Shown: positions 26,462 to 55,787 of the stretch, one piece after another | Numbering within the stretch: position 1 is the first letter of the stretch | Layout of the letters: each line of letters starts with the position of its first letter | Assembly: GCA_030141605.1 (NCBI GenBank) | Contig: JAQGDQ010000024.1 | Location: 186,001-250,000 of the forward strand | Length of the DNA stretch: 64,000 nt | Origin: Tubiluchus corallicola | Taxonomy: Eukaryota > Animalia > Priapulida | Reading direction: 5' to 3' | Notes under the pieces: generated by a model | What the model saw: only the letters and a program-made list of their open reading frames with translations | What the model was told of the DNA's origin: nothing | The model's database searches: none | Position numbers and translations under genes: made by a program

Positions 26462-27488
26462 TTATCTGTAATTCTTTGTTGCCTGTAAAGTTTGTAATTT
26501 GTTTCTCAAAAACTGTTTGTCCAAAATTTGGCTTGTCCAAAATTGTTCACCTAGTTGTTCTTATTTAATTGCTCATATGCTTTATCCAGAACCTATTTCA
26601 CACAATCCCTAAGCATAACTTCTTGTGTGCTAATATAGTGTTTAAATGCAATTCATGAAACCATTACGCAATATTTTCATTCTTCATAACTGAACTTTAA
26701 GAAGTATACAGTTGCGTAAATTGATAGTATTGAAAAAACTCTTTGTAAATCCAAATTCATTATGATGCCCATGGTGGATGAGCTTCTCTGATAAGTTGGT
26801 GGAAGTATATCATGAGATTTAAAAACCGAAGATTACTATTTTTATAACATGTTTTGGAGATTAATTTTATTTTACCACATCATTCTTAAGTTGCACAAAA
26901 TTATTCAAATTTATTTCTGATCTGAAATGATGGATAGATGTATTATTGTTGGAGATACTGGAGATCCTTTTTGCATATGAGTTTCTTCGACGTCGCACTT
27001 GAGTTTCTTTTAACAGAGACTTACAACAACTTTTTTAGCATTTTTGTGCTGATTACCATTCATTGGTTACTATGTATCATTTCGAGTTGATCTTGGTTGC
27101 AGGCTAACTGAAGTTAAAGGACAACCAAATTAGCAGGACAAAACTTTAAAGCCCTTATGAGTTCTTACTTAATATTTAAATCTTTAGTTAGTGCAACAAG
27201 TCTAGCTGCTAATTATGTTATGCACTATACAGAATAACATCAGCAAAAATCATTTTTGAAATGATAAATTGGTAGTGGTGACTTTTATATGACCGTGAAA
27301 TTGTTTTTTTTTGTTGTTGTTTAACAAAGTAAAACAGAAAGAGAGAGACTGCATTAACTGTCAAAATTGCATTTAGTTTATAAAATTAGCATATTAGACT
27401 ATTAATTTACTAGTGCAGTAACATAATAACCACCCAAGCAATTTGCGCTATAGCCAAATCATGTATTGTATATATTATTTATTGCTAT

Positions 27489-27508
27489 AATAAATCATTC
27501 CAAATAAA
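27489..27508 (+). terminator. Candidate SAP30 polyadenylation signals
   Basis: Two AATAAA hexamers ~1 kb after the stop, followed by GT-rich tgtggttggttcttt. Confidence 0.5.
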
Positions 27509-29182
27509 ATTCGCTGTGGTTGGTTCTTTCTAATAATATGGCATTCGCAGTAATTGAAAAAAGCTTGAGCCAAGCAGATGAATTCACTAAATCCACTAGG
27601 TAAGGTTAGCCAAATTTAGACAGTTCGACAAAGTTATACAATTTTGAAATTTGCACTGGATGTGGCACAGTTATGCGGTAACAGCTGTGTATATAGCCTA
27701 AGGCACGACGGTTGTGGCCCTACATTAATTTTATTTTTAAGAAGGTGCTATAGTTTTGATACTGATTCTGGCTATTTATAGGCCTAATGTTCTAAAACTG
27801 CAAGCAATTTGTATAAAATTAATAAAACCCACTGCAAAAAACAGATACAAGTATTTAATATGATACTCATTAAATTTATTGAAAGTGAACTCTGTCAATT
27901 CGTAACGTAAACCTAACTATTATAAGTCAATGTTGACTTCAAACCAGTCACATAAAAATAAAACTATTACTTTTATATTAAGTACATTTTGCAATTAAAC
28001 TCTATAAGATAAAAAACTACATTAAAGATAAACGATTTTTTATAAGTTAGGTAATAAATTATGACTAATGGTCACAAAACTTCCTTTTAGTAAAACACTT
28101 GAGAGCACAGAAAGCCTGCGATTTCCCTTGTCGCAACATTGATTTTAGTTTTAGCACGATTCAATAATTAATTCCTACGAATTCCTTTGTTACCTTTAAG
28201 CTTGTTGCAAGATATTTACCGATACAAAAATTGCTAGGCTAACTGTTGCTTTGGGTGAATGCTGGTCATTGTAGCAAATTTACATTATTTGCCACATTAA
28301 TTTCATGGAATAGTTGTTAAAAACAATGACAATGAAGAAATAAAGATATAAACTAAATCTTTACTTGGTTTTCATTATGCACAAATTAAAATCAGTTTCT
28401 GGCAGCATAGAGTGCAATTACTTGTGAACAGGGAAAACCATCCAGTGCAACTATATATATATAGGGTCTAGTGGCAAAAAAGTGCTAAACGATTTGACGC
28501 TATCGTAAGCAAACAACGGCCTCATAAGCGCTGTGGAGTTACTGATGCAATTTTATAAGCTTGTGTGATTATGTCCATTTAGCTCATTAATAAATTAGGC
28601 AGCTGCTTATTGAAAAATATATTACTTTTATATAGTAAGCAATGCATAACAATTAATATCATTTTTTTATATCGAATTTGGTATTCTATGATAATTATAC
28701 AGTCTTAAATAGCACCGGCATAATCACAGTTAGAACAAAGAGGTAAATGATGGGCCTATATGTGTGTGTATCTATATCTGTTGCACATGCACCATTACCT
28801 TCTGATATAAGGTGTAAGACGACTTAAATAAAAATCACTAACTTATATTATGCATAACAGACCAACTTAATTATTGTTTGCCCAATATAATGAGGTTCGT
28901 ATGTCACTCATATGAGTAGTTTGTGCATATATAGTTCGTGAAAGGGAAGAAAAGGCGGGCCCATCATTAATAATTATGGTTTTAATAAGTAGGCCTAACG
29001 TGTTTTCGACGTTATCGAATACAGAGTATAGGCAAGTTGAAAGCAACATCAATATGATGAGGTTTCTTGCATGTTATTAACGTAGGGTCTCACGACAAGC
29101 CTGTATGAGTGTGGCTAACAGTAAGAGCAAAGTGTGAAATTGTGAAAAAAGCCATCCAGGACAGATCCAGGGATCTGGCGTC

Positions 29183-44151
<14,969 letters not shown>

Positions 44152-44152
<1 letters not shown>

Positions 44153-44172
44153 TATGAGACTTCAAGAAACAT
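44152..44172 (-). promoter_or_regulatory. 6-codon uORF (MFLEVS*) whose stop overlaps the DCLK start codon (TAATG)
   Basis: After acceptor tttacttttag| at 44180: gcaaacgt ATG TTT CTT GAA GTC TCA TAA, with the last A being the A of the main ATG. Confidence 0.55.
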
Positions 44173-46830
44173 ACGTTTGCCTAAAAGTAAAGAAAAACCA
44201 TTATTAGGCCACATTATCCATTAAAGATCATTTGTGTCGATAAAACCTCAAATGTGATAGTCAAGTTGAAGTTAATGTTTGTCATATCTGAGGCACTGGC
44301 ATCTAATTCTAATTCAGCAAGTGATTTAACTCCCGACGTATTTACATTATACCAGATACTAAGCACTGATCCTTATACTTTTGTTCACTCTGGTCCCGGT
44401 GAACAAAAAGGCGTTTACCAATGACTGCTAGGGAATAATTTATCAAATGAATGAGTTACGAAAACGTGGAAAATCCGAGACGCCGCATTCGCAAGCTATT
44501 ACACATATCGTACAGTGTGCGAAAATTGTAAATTTTGAACCTTGTTTTCTACAGCACTTATTTATTCTCTTTAACTCGTTTTTATACAAATACGTGGCAG
44601 CGCGGATGTAGAAGAACCATGCACTATTTTTTTCATTATTATATTAGGCATTGAGTTGTCTAGGCATCCACTTTAAATTAACGTTAACTCCTAAACGCAG
44701 AGCACTAGGTTGACCCAACTTGCAGAGTAGATGCTTGGGTTGGAGCATAGACAATGGCATGATGAAAGATGATCTCCGTCAAGGGGTCAAAGACCTCTGG
44801 ACACTGGTCAATTCGAGTCATAGCATTGAATAATTGTAAAATTATTGTACCTAGAGTTGAAGTCAGGGACTCAAACAATGATATTTGATTCAAAAACTGT
44901 GATTGGTTAACGGCTGGCAAACTGTCAGTCGCGATTGAGTAAACGGCCCTGGATCTGGCATAATGAAAGGGTACGGTCTTGCTCGCGGATTTGGATCTGA
45001 ATTCATTTAGTCTTGTTATAAAAACATTCTTGAGTTTTCTTTTAATTGTGTCTTTCTTTTATTTCCTTTAATTGCATTTATGTCATCTAACCTTTATCCG
45101 CTGCATATTCTTAGGTAAGTTTTAAATTAAACTACATTGTGAGCAAAATTAAGTATTCTTGCTTTTAGCCGTGTATTGCATTATAGATTATTTTAGTTTA
45201 GTGTAAACTTTGCTTATTCAAAATGAATATATAATACTGACTGCGTCTGATACAAGTATCTTCACAGCGCAAGTGCTAAGCGCAAGGTGCTAATGAAATA
45301 TAATGGGCATCACAGCTACTCTAACGTTTAAGTAGATCAAATAATTGGCTTAAACACAAATCGAAGATAATGCATTAAACATACATGAACAGCTTACATG
45401 TTAATTCGTAGAAACAATTATAAATAACAAGTAATAATAAGATTCACGTGTTACAGTCTGGTGGTTGAGTAGGTCATGCAATAATTAATATTAACAAGCG
45501 TGGTCAAAATTTATATTACATATCAATTTAGTATCCTAAAATAGTTAACTATACGTACGTTATTTTCTTTTTATAATCATGGTTAAAAGATGTGGGGCTT
45601 ATGTAACTCGGACAGTCCATATAATGATCGTCTACGGGGTGGAACAAACAAATTTATTGCACTTTCGCGGTCTAACAAAAAGTTGGAATAATTTTTAAAT
45701 TTTCCCAGTATGTGAAAATCTAGCTAGGCACTGATACACATTTCCAAGATTGCATTTGAAATTTTACGGGACAAAGCAATAAAATTCTGGTCTTATTGCT
45801 GTTAATTTTAAACAAATGTATAGGACGAATGCTTGTCAATAGATGTCACAATTCTCAGTCTTGACTTGGCTTCCATAGCAACTTGATAACAACGCGGCAA
45901 ATAACTTGCTTGTTGTAACTAAGACGCCACAAGTTGTTGTTTTAGAAGTTGATTGCTCATATATACATTTGGTAAAACTTAGTTTGTTGGGGAGGGTTGG
46001 AGTAGATCCTTGCTTCTTCAGTCAAGCAAATGTTGCCTCAGCAAGGGCTTATCCTTTCAACGATCAGCCCTTCACTGTTGTAAGACACAAGGTGCATCGT
46101 GCAGCCAGCTGTGAACTGGAGAACCACAGAATAGGTAATAGAGGGTAAGCTATGATCTACACTGTGATGAACCCAGCTGTAACTGTGCATGCGCCCGTTT
46201 GCGAGACGGGAGCGACAGGTCGATCCGATCTCCGAACTCGACCTTTTAATTTTTAAAACATAGGCTAAGTTTCAGATCAGACAATAGCGCCACTCGACGA
46301 CATTTAGTTTTGAATGGAAGAAGTTACTAGAGACAGGAGGGAAATCCCGTCTCCGAAACCCGAAATTGTTTCTTGAATTAAGCTATAACTATAGCGTTAA
46401 CTGGGTATCAGACTCGTGGACTTTACACTCAGTTTGTGGCGGAAGTAGTTCTCAAATTAAAACTGAAATTAAAGCAGCGTAGCTAGTTAATTAATGTTTT
46501 AACTTGTCGTTTCACAGCCACGGACTCAGAGAGCCACTTGTAATGGCCGATGAGTAAACTCGCAAATTAAGTTAATAAGTTTCAAGTTTTTGGCCGCTTA
46601 TTCACGGCCTCTTTGCAAATTGATTTGATCTGCCAACTTGTCGCTAGCATTTTGCCAGCCAACGAGCGAAAAAAGAAAAAACATGAATTCCCAGAAATTC
46701 TCTAGGCAATCTATATATATCGTATGCATTAATTTCGGTTCTATTAAAAAACAATAACAGTATGAACAAAATAGTACATATCAAATGAAAATGTAAGACT
46801 AATTGTTAGCTGTCATACTTAGTATATATA

Positions 46831-47006
46831 TATTTAACGTCGATATACGATATACATATACGAAGCGGAGAAACCAAACCACAGAAGCTTTATCTGACAT
46901 TAAACTATGCCACTATATATATATTGATATATTGTTGTTGTTGGCATCCTTCTGTCTCGGACGACAGAGAGTCAGTTATTGATCACATTGATGGAGCTGC
47001 AGCGTC

Positions 47007-47050
<44 letters not shown>

Positions 47051-47134
47051 GTAATATATATAGTGGTATATTTTAATGTCAGACAAAGCTTCTGTGGTTT
47101 GGTTTCTCCGCTTCGTTCTAATCGACGTTAAATA
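46831..47134. repeat. Imperfect long inverted repeat around (TA)n tracts and a short insert
   Basis: cgaagcggagaaaccaaaccacagaagcttt.tctgacattaaa.tat.ccactatatat (46861-46920) pairs with ~47056-47115. Outer arms tatttaacgtcgat / atcgacgttaaata. Confidence 0.88.
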
Positions 47135-49734
47135 ATTTTTTCTAACTTTAACGAGAGTGTTTATTAATTATATAACAATTCAAGTTGAGCATGGCCTAAC
47201 GCTAAACGTATAGGCTTTGTTCAAATGTAGGTTGTACTATCCCAGCAGTTATTGTACTATCCCGACATTTCTTCAGAGAATTGGAACAAATTCCGCAGAC
47301 GGTCTACAATCAACCAATTAATGTGGGCTACGTCGGAGCTTCTTGTGCTTTATAACCAAGCCAATTAGTGTGGGCTACGTGGGGGCTTCTTGTGCTTACA
47401 TTCAGGCCATTATGTATTGTCTGGCTGTAATGAAGCCGGTCAGAGATTTTAGACGCTCATGGCTAACGGACATGAATACAATTTTCACAAAATTGAAGAC
47501 TTTACATATTAAACCGTCTATAGGTAAGTACAAAGGCAGCAGGTAAGCATTAAATTTGTTGCTAAAATCCCCGATGATACTAAGCCGTTGTAACAGGCGT
47601 GCTGATGAATAATAAAAACAAAAGTACGAGTACATTATAATAATAGTTCATAGAGCTGTTGATAACGTTAAAGTAAATGGTTTCTATGTACACAGTATAA
47701 TCAGGTAGGTATGAAAGCAGTGCGTGTCGGTTTGTTTGATCGAGGCTCTCATTATTGAGCTCAGAATTTGTTGTTTGTTCTGCGTCACGGTAAAATATGT
47801 CGTTTTCTTTGCATCATCCACGTGTGAAGCCCTTAGTTGGGCGATAACGACCTTGAGGACGCAGATCTCTGCACGAAGCAAGAAACAAAAATTAGGAAGA
47901 AGAAAGGAGCGTTCAGTTCACCTTAAGCAGATCCACGTTTAAAGGTTGCTTCCTTCCTTGGGTTTTCAGTTTCTAAATCACTGCGCTAATGTTTATCGCC
48001 TGCGCAATGCCCTTCACGGCTTCGCGCTATCAAGAGGTAATGAAATCCATGGCAAAAAGACAATAATCGTATTGTACACAGCCATTAGTGTGAAATTTTA
48101 CTTTACTGCAGAAAATAACCAGTTTTTTTTGAGAGATCGAAGTAAGTAATGCCACCATAATGAGACAAGATTTGTTCAGACGAAAAGCTGAAAGCATTAT
48201 TTTCATTTGCACTATTTCACGTCTTGAAAAGCAAAAATTTGAAAGAGAAAAAGAAGCAAATAACGTGTCGCAAGTGAGTAGTAGTATTAAGTTAATGTAG
48301 TGCGTGTAGTTAATGTAGGACAAGGCAATTTCAAAAGTCAGTTATCGTATCGTTATAAATAGTGCAATGAAAGTGAAATCTAGTCTAGCCCTGTCAAAAT
48401 TCCAAGTTAGTCCAAGCCACTCTAGTTCTAGTGTAGTCTAATTTAGTTCAATGCTCTGCAGATAGCTATGGAAGTAACAGATGGGTTACAGAGTTACGTA
48501 GGCATAGTTTGTAGACATGCAGACAGACAGTTAGACAGAGTCGTGGAGGCAGGCAGGCAGGTAGATAGGTAGGCCTAGTTATGTAGCTACATAGTTAGTA
48601 GGCAGGTAAGCAGGTTGAGTAAGGCAAGTAGGCAGATATCTTAGGAAAACCCAGAAAAGAAAAGAATAAAAACCAATGACTTGAGCTCTTTCGGTAAAAA
48701 TTTGTGCGTAAGTCATAGTTACGACGATAAAAATGCTGAAAATTTTACTGTTGATCTTTAACAGGATTTATGCCATTTTCAGTCATAAATAGATCATTTC
48801 TGTTACGTCTGTTACGCCTATAATGTAATTCTTTAATGATATAACAAATATAACAAATAGATTTAATGATATTCTTTAACAAATATTTAGACGAGTTTTT
48901 GTGCTGTTAAAACAAAGAAAGAATACTGTAATATTTGACTGACAGTATTTCCGACAGTAGTCCCATAAACCTATTTATAAATCGTCTAATCAGCCTGCCA
49001 CGTATTAATAATTTTAACACATACCTTTTTACTGACTGAATTAATATTGAGTTGTGTCTCTAGCTTACAAACACTCAAGTGAATTGTTAGACTCTCCTGT
49101 TTGCAGACAGGTAACAAGTCTACTCAGGTATCACAGGTGCTGCATTCAGCAACCGATTACTGGTGAATGTTTGCCACAACATCAGTTGAGTTGTCAGGTG
49201 TCGCGCAGTCGCTAGGGGACGCATGGCACACTCGCAGTAACAATCGATTCTACACCAAACACAGGCAGACAGGTGACAATAGGTACACAGTGATGAAAAG
49301 TGAAATGTGTCAGTTTTTTCTGTCAATGGGCAGATATAATTATCAGTGTCACTTGGCGATAAAAGTAATGGGGGCTCGAGTGTTGACGTATTAGTGTGTA
49401 CTCAATATTTCTGGCTGCTGATAGTAGAATCATTAGTACATAATTTGCTTGGTTATATTACTATCATTATATTACAATTTACCGTTACGAATAACAACAA
49501 TCTGTAACAAATGTTCTAACAACACCAAACAGAAATAAATGTTGCGGCAACAATAACAGCAACAATGCCAGTGAGGACACCGTCAGAGACCAAACAGCAA
49601 TAATTAGATAAAATATGAGACTATAGAGCATAACAATTGCTACCTGTTGTTGTTAATATCTTGACGATTTTAGTGTCATTGCCATTAACAAAGTCATTAT
49701 CACCTTGATCATCGCTATTGCAAATTCTCATTTT

Positions 49735-49965
49735 TTCGCCATCATCGTTATGATTGTTGTTGCTTTATCATCAGCATGCTCATTCTCTGCATTACTGTTG
49801 TGCTCATCATCGTCATCATCATCATCATCATCGTCGTCGTCGTCGTCATCATCATCATCATCATAATCATCATCGTCGTCGTCGTTGTCGTCGTCGTCAT
49901 TATCATCGCCGCCGCCGTCGTCATCATCGTTGTCGTCATCATCATCATCGTTATCACCACTACCA
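49735..49965. repeat. (CAT/CGT)n trinucleotide microsatellite
   Basis: Directly visible. Confidence 0.9.
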
Positions 49966-50319
49966 ACGCATTTCCTTTTTGTTTGGTTCTCTCCTCTCCT
50001 CTCCTGTTTCCCTTTGCTTCTTTACTGGCTTTGCTGTTGATTGATTTCCATCAGTTTTAACAAATTTTATTTTTCTGGTTTAGCATTAGCTTCAAAAAAT
50101 TCTGCTTAGTGTCAATTGAATCACTAACTTACTTGTTAACCATAATGAATAGAAACATTCTTTACTGCTTTCACCCCATTCAAAGTGCTTTCCGCCCCAA
50201 GATATAAAACAACGGCTTCTTTGTATAAAAGTATAAATGAAAGCAATGCTTGAGAAATTACAAGGTAAACAAATCAAGAGTTTCTGGCTTATGTTAAGTT
50301 AGAAGCTCTTAGTGAATTT

Positions 50320-50595
50320 TAAACACTGCGTGCGCGGCTATGCGATTCAGGGCGGTTGGTGACATTCGGATCACGAGCTACATTCTCAAAATATGTGGCT
50401 TGGCTTGTGCCGCCGTCTTTTGGTCGTATTTCAAATGCATCTCTGGAACTTGGATGTTGAATCGTCAATCTTCACAGTGTGTCGGATGAATATGCCTGTG
50501 AGTGCACTCTGAAAATTAGTTCTGGTGGATCAGAAAGTCATCAAAAGTCTTAAAGTCGAAGAAACGTAGGCATCATTGCAGAGTTATTCAAAAAG
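50320..50595 (+). other. Candidate non-coding first exon of an unidentified plus-strand transcript
   Basis: GC/CpG-richer block ending in a perfect donor AAAAG|GTAAGT at 50595/50596 followed by T-rich sequence. No convincing ORF and no downstream exons identified. Confidence 0.3.
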
Positions 50596-51251
50596 GTAAG
50601 TTCTATTTTATTCTCCCATTTATTCGTTTTTCGCTTCAATGTAAACACTCTAATTGTACTATGACAACTGTTTTTTCACAGTCGTCGTTGTTATGTACGG
50701 GTAGAAATTACCATGTCACTTTTTGTATACAAGATAGCAGTTGTGAATTTTATAATTCCGTACACATGCACCGGTCAGAAAAAGTAAAAAAAGCTTTAAT
50801 AATACTAGAAAAAGCAAAACTTCGTTTTATATGGAACAGCTTTATTTATAGGCTATATTAGTGGTTGTTAATTCCATTATGTAATTTATGCATGTAATTG
50901 TTGCCACGAAGTGAATTGGTGCTTTTTAGCAGTGAATTGGAAAAGCTTACAGTTGAAATAGTTTGCGGGTCAACTTATAATAAACAAAAGTATGATTTAG
51001 TGCATACCATTTATTGACAATGCTCGCACTAAACACGTTCTGCACTGGACCTGCATTGCAGAAATCAGACGTGCTGATATTTGCGTTCCAGATTCGGTTT
51101 TGTTTTTGAACAGCGAACTTTCAACGCCGTGTGTGACGTCACGAATTTAACGCCATGCAGCTAAAATAATAAACGGATTAAGTTATGAAAGCAATCATCT
51201 TCAGCAACTACCAGAAATAAGTTGTGTTAATGGGATTTGGCATTTTAATCC

Positions 51252-51255
<4 letters not shown>

Positions 51256-51318
<63 letters not shown>

Positions 51319-51405
51319 GGAGAGGAGGGAGAGAAAGAGAGAGAGAAGGAGAGAGAGAGAGAGGGAGAGAGAGAGGAGAAGAGAGAGAGAGGGGGGAGAC
51401 AGAGA
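51256..51405. repeat. (GA)n / polypurine tract
   Basis: Directly visible. Confidence 0.93.
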
Positions 51406-54400
51406 GGACAAAGGATGGAAGAGTCATCGTCAATATGCGTAAACAACATTATCAAGGACATAGACAATTTCATGATATACAAACTGCAGTTGTGATCACA
51501 GACCAGACCAGGCAGATGGTAATGCTGACCTTGATGTATACAAAATGTCAAAATCAACAGCGTACCTGTAAGCCAAGTGTTTATGTTGTAACTCGGCAGC
51601 AGTTAATCTGTTTCATTACAAGTGATTTTCCTACAATTTTTCGCCTCAAGTCATAGCAGAATAGCAGGTATTCAGAAGCGTGGAACTTCTTATTTTAAAA
51701 CACCTCGGGACAGATCTGCAGTACAGAAGCGTTTATGCTTGTTTTGCACTATACCGTAATAATGATAGCATCATTTCTCCATTAGTGTCAGCGCTAATTT
51801 TTACAGTTCCAAAGTACTTTTTAGCTAAAGAAAGTCATAATACGTCCCAATAGCAGTTTCTCACTAGGAAAACGCTGCCGAGGTAAAGATTTATGCAATC
51901 GGTTTTTGATTAAAACTTATTATTGTCTTTAAACTTATTCAACGATTACCTGTTTTTTTTGTTTGTCTATGAAACCTGGTTGAAATTGCATAAACTACAA
52001 TTTAGTTTAAATCTTGAAAATCGAGAGATATAGAAGCTTTAAATAAAACAAAACTTTCGTACGTCATCTACAATGGAAGTTAAAAAACAATATGCGGTTA
52101 AATCTCCAAATTATAATAAATTGTGAATTTCAAAATATTAAACTTATTTACATTTGCAGCGTGCAAAGAAGTTGATAATTATTGCGATTAAGAGTGCAGT
52201 CATGTTTCAGTAAATTTGAACGGGAATGATTTGAACTGTTAATAAAATTAAAAATAGTCATGAAATTCCATGAAAATGTAGGCGTTTTTGCGACGCTGAT
52301 TCAAAATCTCAAGTACCGGGTGACCATCAAATTCACTACAACTTTCTACAAAGTTTGTATTCATCATATACAAATATCCGGCATTTAGCTTAATTTACAG
52401 CTAAGAGAAAAACTAACTTACACGCTGACGCAATCTGATTACACATTGTAAGTCGTGTAGGCTTCAGCGCATCACTCACGCTTCAGCGCCACATGAGAAT
52501 AGATTTGTTACTATCACTGACATAAAGACGTGTTTTTGCTGCTAAAATATGAAAATCAATTAATAGAAAAGTGCAGTTGTGAAAGATTTATATTACGTAC
52601 AATTAATATTGACTCCCTTGCCTAAATTTCCTATTTTTTAATATTCTAGTGGCAATTGACCACTTCCGCATAACACATTGTCTCATTTAGTTATTCGCCA
52701 GTCCTTGTACTAGACTGGATAAACTTTCGTTATAGAAAAATAAGCAAATATTTATACGTTTATTCGTTGGTTCATTAGTTCATTGAGTTCTATGATCAGC
52801 AAGAAAGAGCGTGACTTTGCGCGTTCGTTTACGTACACACTTCGATTGCAGCCTAAAATTCGCTCTATAGTCATGGTGGTAGACCCTCCAGGAGGGCCGC
52901 AATGGCTTCCTCTTTAACTGCTATTTTTATCAAGGAGTTTAAACAAACCACAGGGCAATCATTTTTTTTCCAGTCTATAGCTAGGTTGGTCAGATCCACT
53001 CTTGACTTAGAAGCTGATTATCTACAGGTTGGCTAGAGAATTTCTTCCTGGAAGAGGAAGCGGCGGAGGTGCCCGTACGGGTGGCAGAAAACGTGATATT
53101 CTTCGGGCAGTTAACAAGGCATTATTATTGGCTTCACAAAAATTACTAATTTTACTTTTTATAAAATAAGATTGTATTGTTGGCACACCGATCTTAACGC
53201 GTTCTTGAATTGTTCTGATCATTAAAAGCACAGCTACCATAGCTTGGATCAGGATCATCATCAGGCAGCAGTCTTGCATATGGATCAGATCAGAACTGAC
53301 CCTTGAAGCTAATTTCTGCAGATCGAGGATATTGCCTGGTTATAAGTGGAATGTATTTGATTACATGACTGCTTCCTGAAAAGAACTAGGACCAAATGTA
53401 CATGTAGCTGCAAAAACATTGCTAAGAACTACATAGCGATTATTGTTGATGCTTCGGGGTTGACGCCTTCATCAAATTGCTGATGAGAAGAGGAAAGAAG
53501 TTTGTAATTCGTCAAATACATCTTATAAACCTGTCTGATTATTCACACACACATATATAAGGGAGTGAGGACGGCCGATATTTAAAAAATATGTTAAAAT
53601 ATCGATTCAGCTCGGCGGACTGGACAACTGTACAATGACGGCATAAAAAGTAAAAAAAATCGATTTTGGTTGTGTAACTGGAATGTTTAAAAATCTTAGG
53701 CTTCTTAATAAAAAAGTGGCTAACTGAATTTCCGCTGGAAACAAACACCGGCGTGGAGGTTTAAGGCGATCTTACTACGTGCTTCCCACCTTGACTCATT
53801 GACAAACAGCGGCAAAATTGTCTGATCTCCGGGGTTTTATAAAGGTAATTAAACAACGAAACAAATTAACCAGAAAGAGAAAGAAGCGAGAAAAAAGAGG
53901 AGAGAAGAGGAGTAGCGGCAAGAGAAGAGAGGAGGGCACAGGAAAGGAGAAGAAAGGATAGGAGAGGATACATTTTCGACACTTATGATCAGAAGTAGTC
54001 CTGTACGGTCACAGTAGTCAGGATTTTTCTTGTAATTCAAAGAAAGGTTTGTGATTACAAATTGCTGTACTCAAAAGAATGAAACACAAGGACCGGTGTA
54101 ATGAATTACTTACGGAGATGACAAACTTTGTTAATCAATGATCTTACTTATCTAGCTGTGTAAAAAGATTATCCGAAGTTGACTCTGCTCACTATATGTA
54201 ATTTTATAGACCTTTTTTGTAGTGCAGTTAGCATGGCTATTGGCCAAGACGTTGATATGGAAACTATATCAATGACAGAAAACTTGTCAAAGCACTTTTC
54301 CAAGCAAAGAATGAAGCAATTTATAAAAATCTAAAGGTAATGTTCAAACCCAAGCAAAGGACGACAAATAGCCGACTATTTGGGGAAAGATACGTATGAC

Positions 54401-55787
54401 AGAGTCGGGTTACTTAATTCGTCGTCTTGATTCGTTACTTGGGTCTATGATTACAAAGTCACGTGCGAAAGAAATTCTCAGCAGAATTCAGAGCGATTTA
54501 TAAAAGTGCGAGTATAGAAGCAGATTCCTGATAATATAGGCGAAGAATGGTAAAATTGTGCTAATGACTAAAATTGGATAAAGCCAATTAAGCCATTTTG
54601 GTACAGCTTTTTAGTGTGAGATAGCTCACAATAAACATCAATTGATCGCTAAACATCATTTAAAATTCATTAGAAAGGGTGTCTCATCTTTACAGCGCGT
54701 GAAACACTTGCTTTTTTATGCAAGCTCGTTTTTTTACTTGGTGTGGGTAGCTTCTAATAACTGTTTTGTTTTTGGAGTTAGTATTTTGTGTGTTTGCGTA
54801 CTTATTATTTAGTGTGTTATTAGGCAATTTTGTTTTATTGCTGAAATAAAATGTGAATTAAATTGAATTAATCGAAAACCAGCTCGACAGAAGACTGCTA
54901 AGCATCAGTCTGTGGGTAGCTTTAGTTTTTCAAAATGTAATGCGTACACGAACTGCAAGGATGAGACGTGAGATGCTCCGCAACAGATCCATCACGGAAA
55001 GCGATATAACTGGAATGATAATAATTGTAGTCTCTCTTCACTTTTTACATGGAGTAAATGGTTTTATTCGTACGTGATAAAACACAAGTCAACGTTAAGC
55101 TATAATTAATGAAGAGGATGAAGATTTGTTTAAGTTAATTGGATTGGGGACGATAAAGCATTTCTATTTGCTGTCGAAAACGGTACAGCCTATTTGACCG
55201 TCGATAAATTACATTTTCGCTACTGTTTTTTCACCAGTTAAAAGATTTTAAATTTTCACAATTTGAAGTAGTTAGTTGTTACGGTGCAACTAACGGCACG
55301 GTTAGTTGTTTATGGTGTCCCCAGGTTTGTCGTTAAAGGATTTTGATTGAATGAAATCTAACCAAAGTTTTTAATAATTATAATAAAGGTAAAAAGATAA
55401 AAGAAAGTCGCTTGAACAAAATTTTGTTAGACGACATATGTTAATCAACAACTAGGTTTACAGATTTAGTGCTCAGTCATCGGACTCTATTCAGTCCTCC
55501 CATCTGGATGCACACATAAACCGCCATTATCTTTGTATAGTGAAACGCTTCGCATACTTTACTATCTGATCGAGTATTTTTTGCTTCTTTACGAGTAAAG
55601 TTTATTAAGGCCTAAGCGTAAAATTCAAACCTCTGAGAAGTTAAATGTGCAGTACTTCCGGTCTTAACATCCGCTAGTTTTACAATAATTCAGATTTTGT
55701 GGTTTTCTTGAATTCTTATTAGATGACGTCAAATTTAGAAAAGTTCATCTTTTCATCTTTTTTTCTAGGCAAGAAAAAATGCATATT

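Noticed and set aside
45830-46200. RFX X-box-like cttccatagcaac (~45870) or a LINE endonuclease start on the minus strand
   Set aside because: Imperfect motif in degenerate repeat-like sequence; neither reading is supportable.
53022-53375. Minus-strand open frame after acceptor gttcttttcag
   Set aside because: No homology, no partner exons, and the flanks look like transposon termini.
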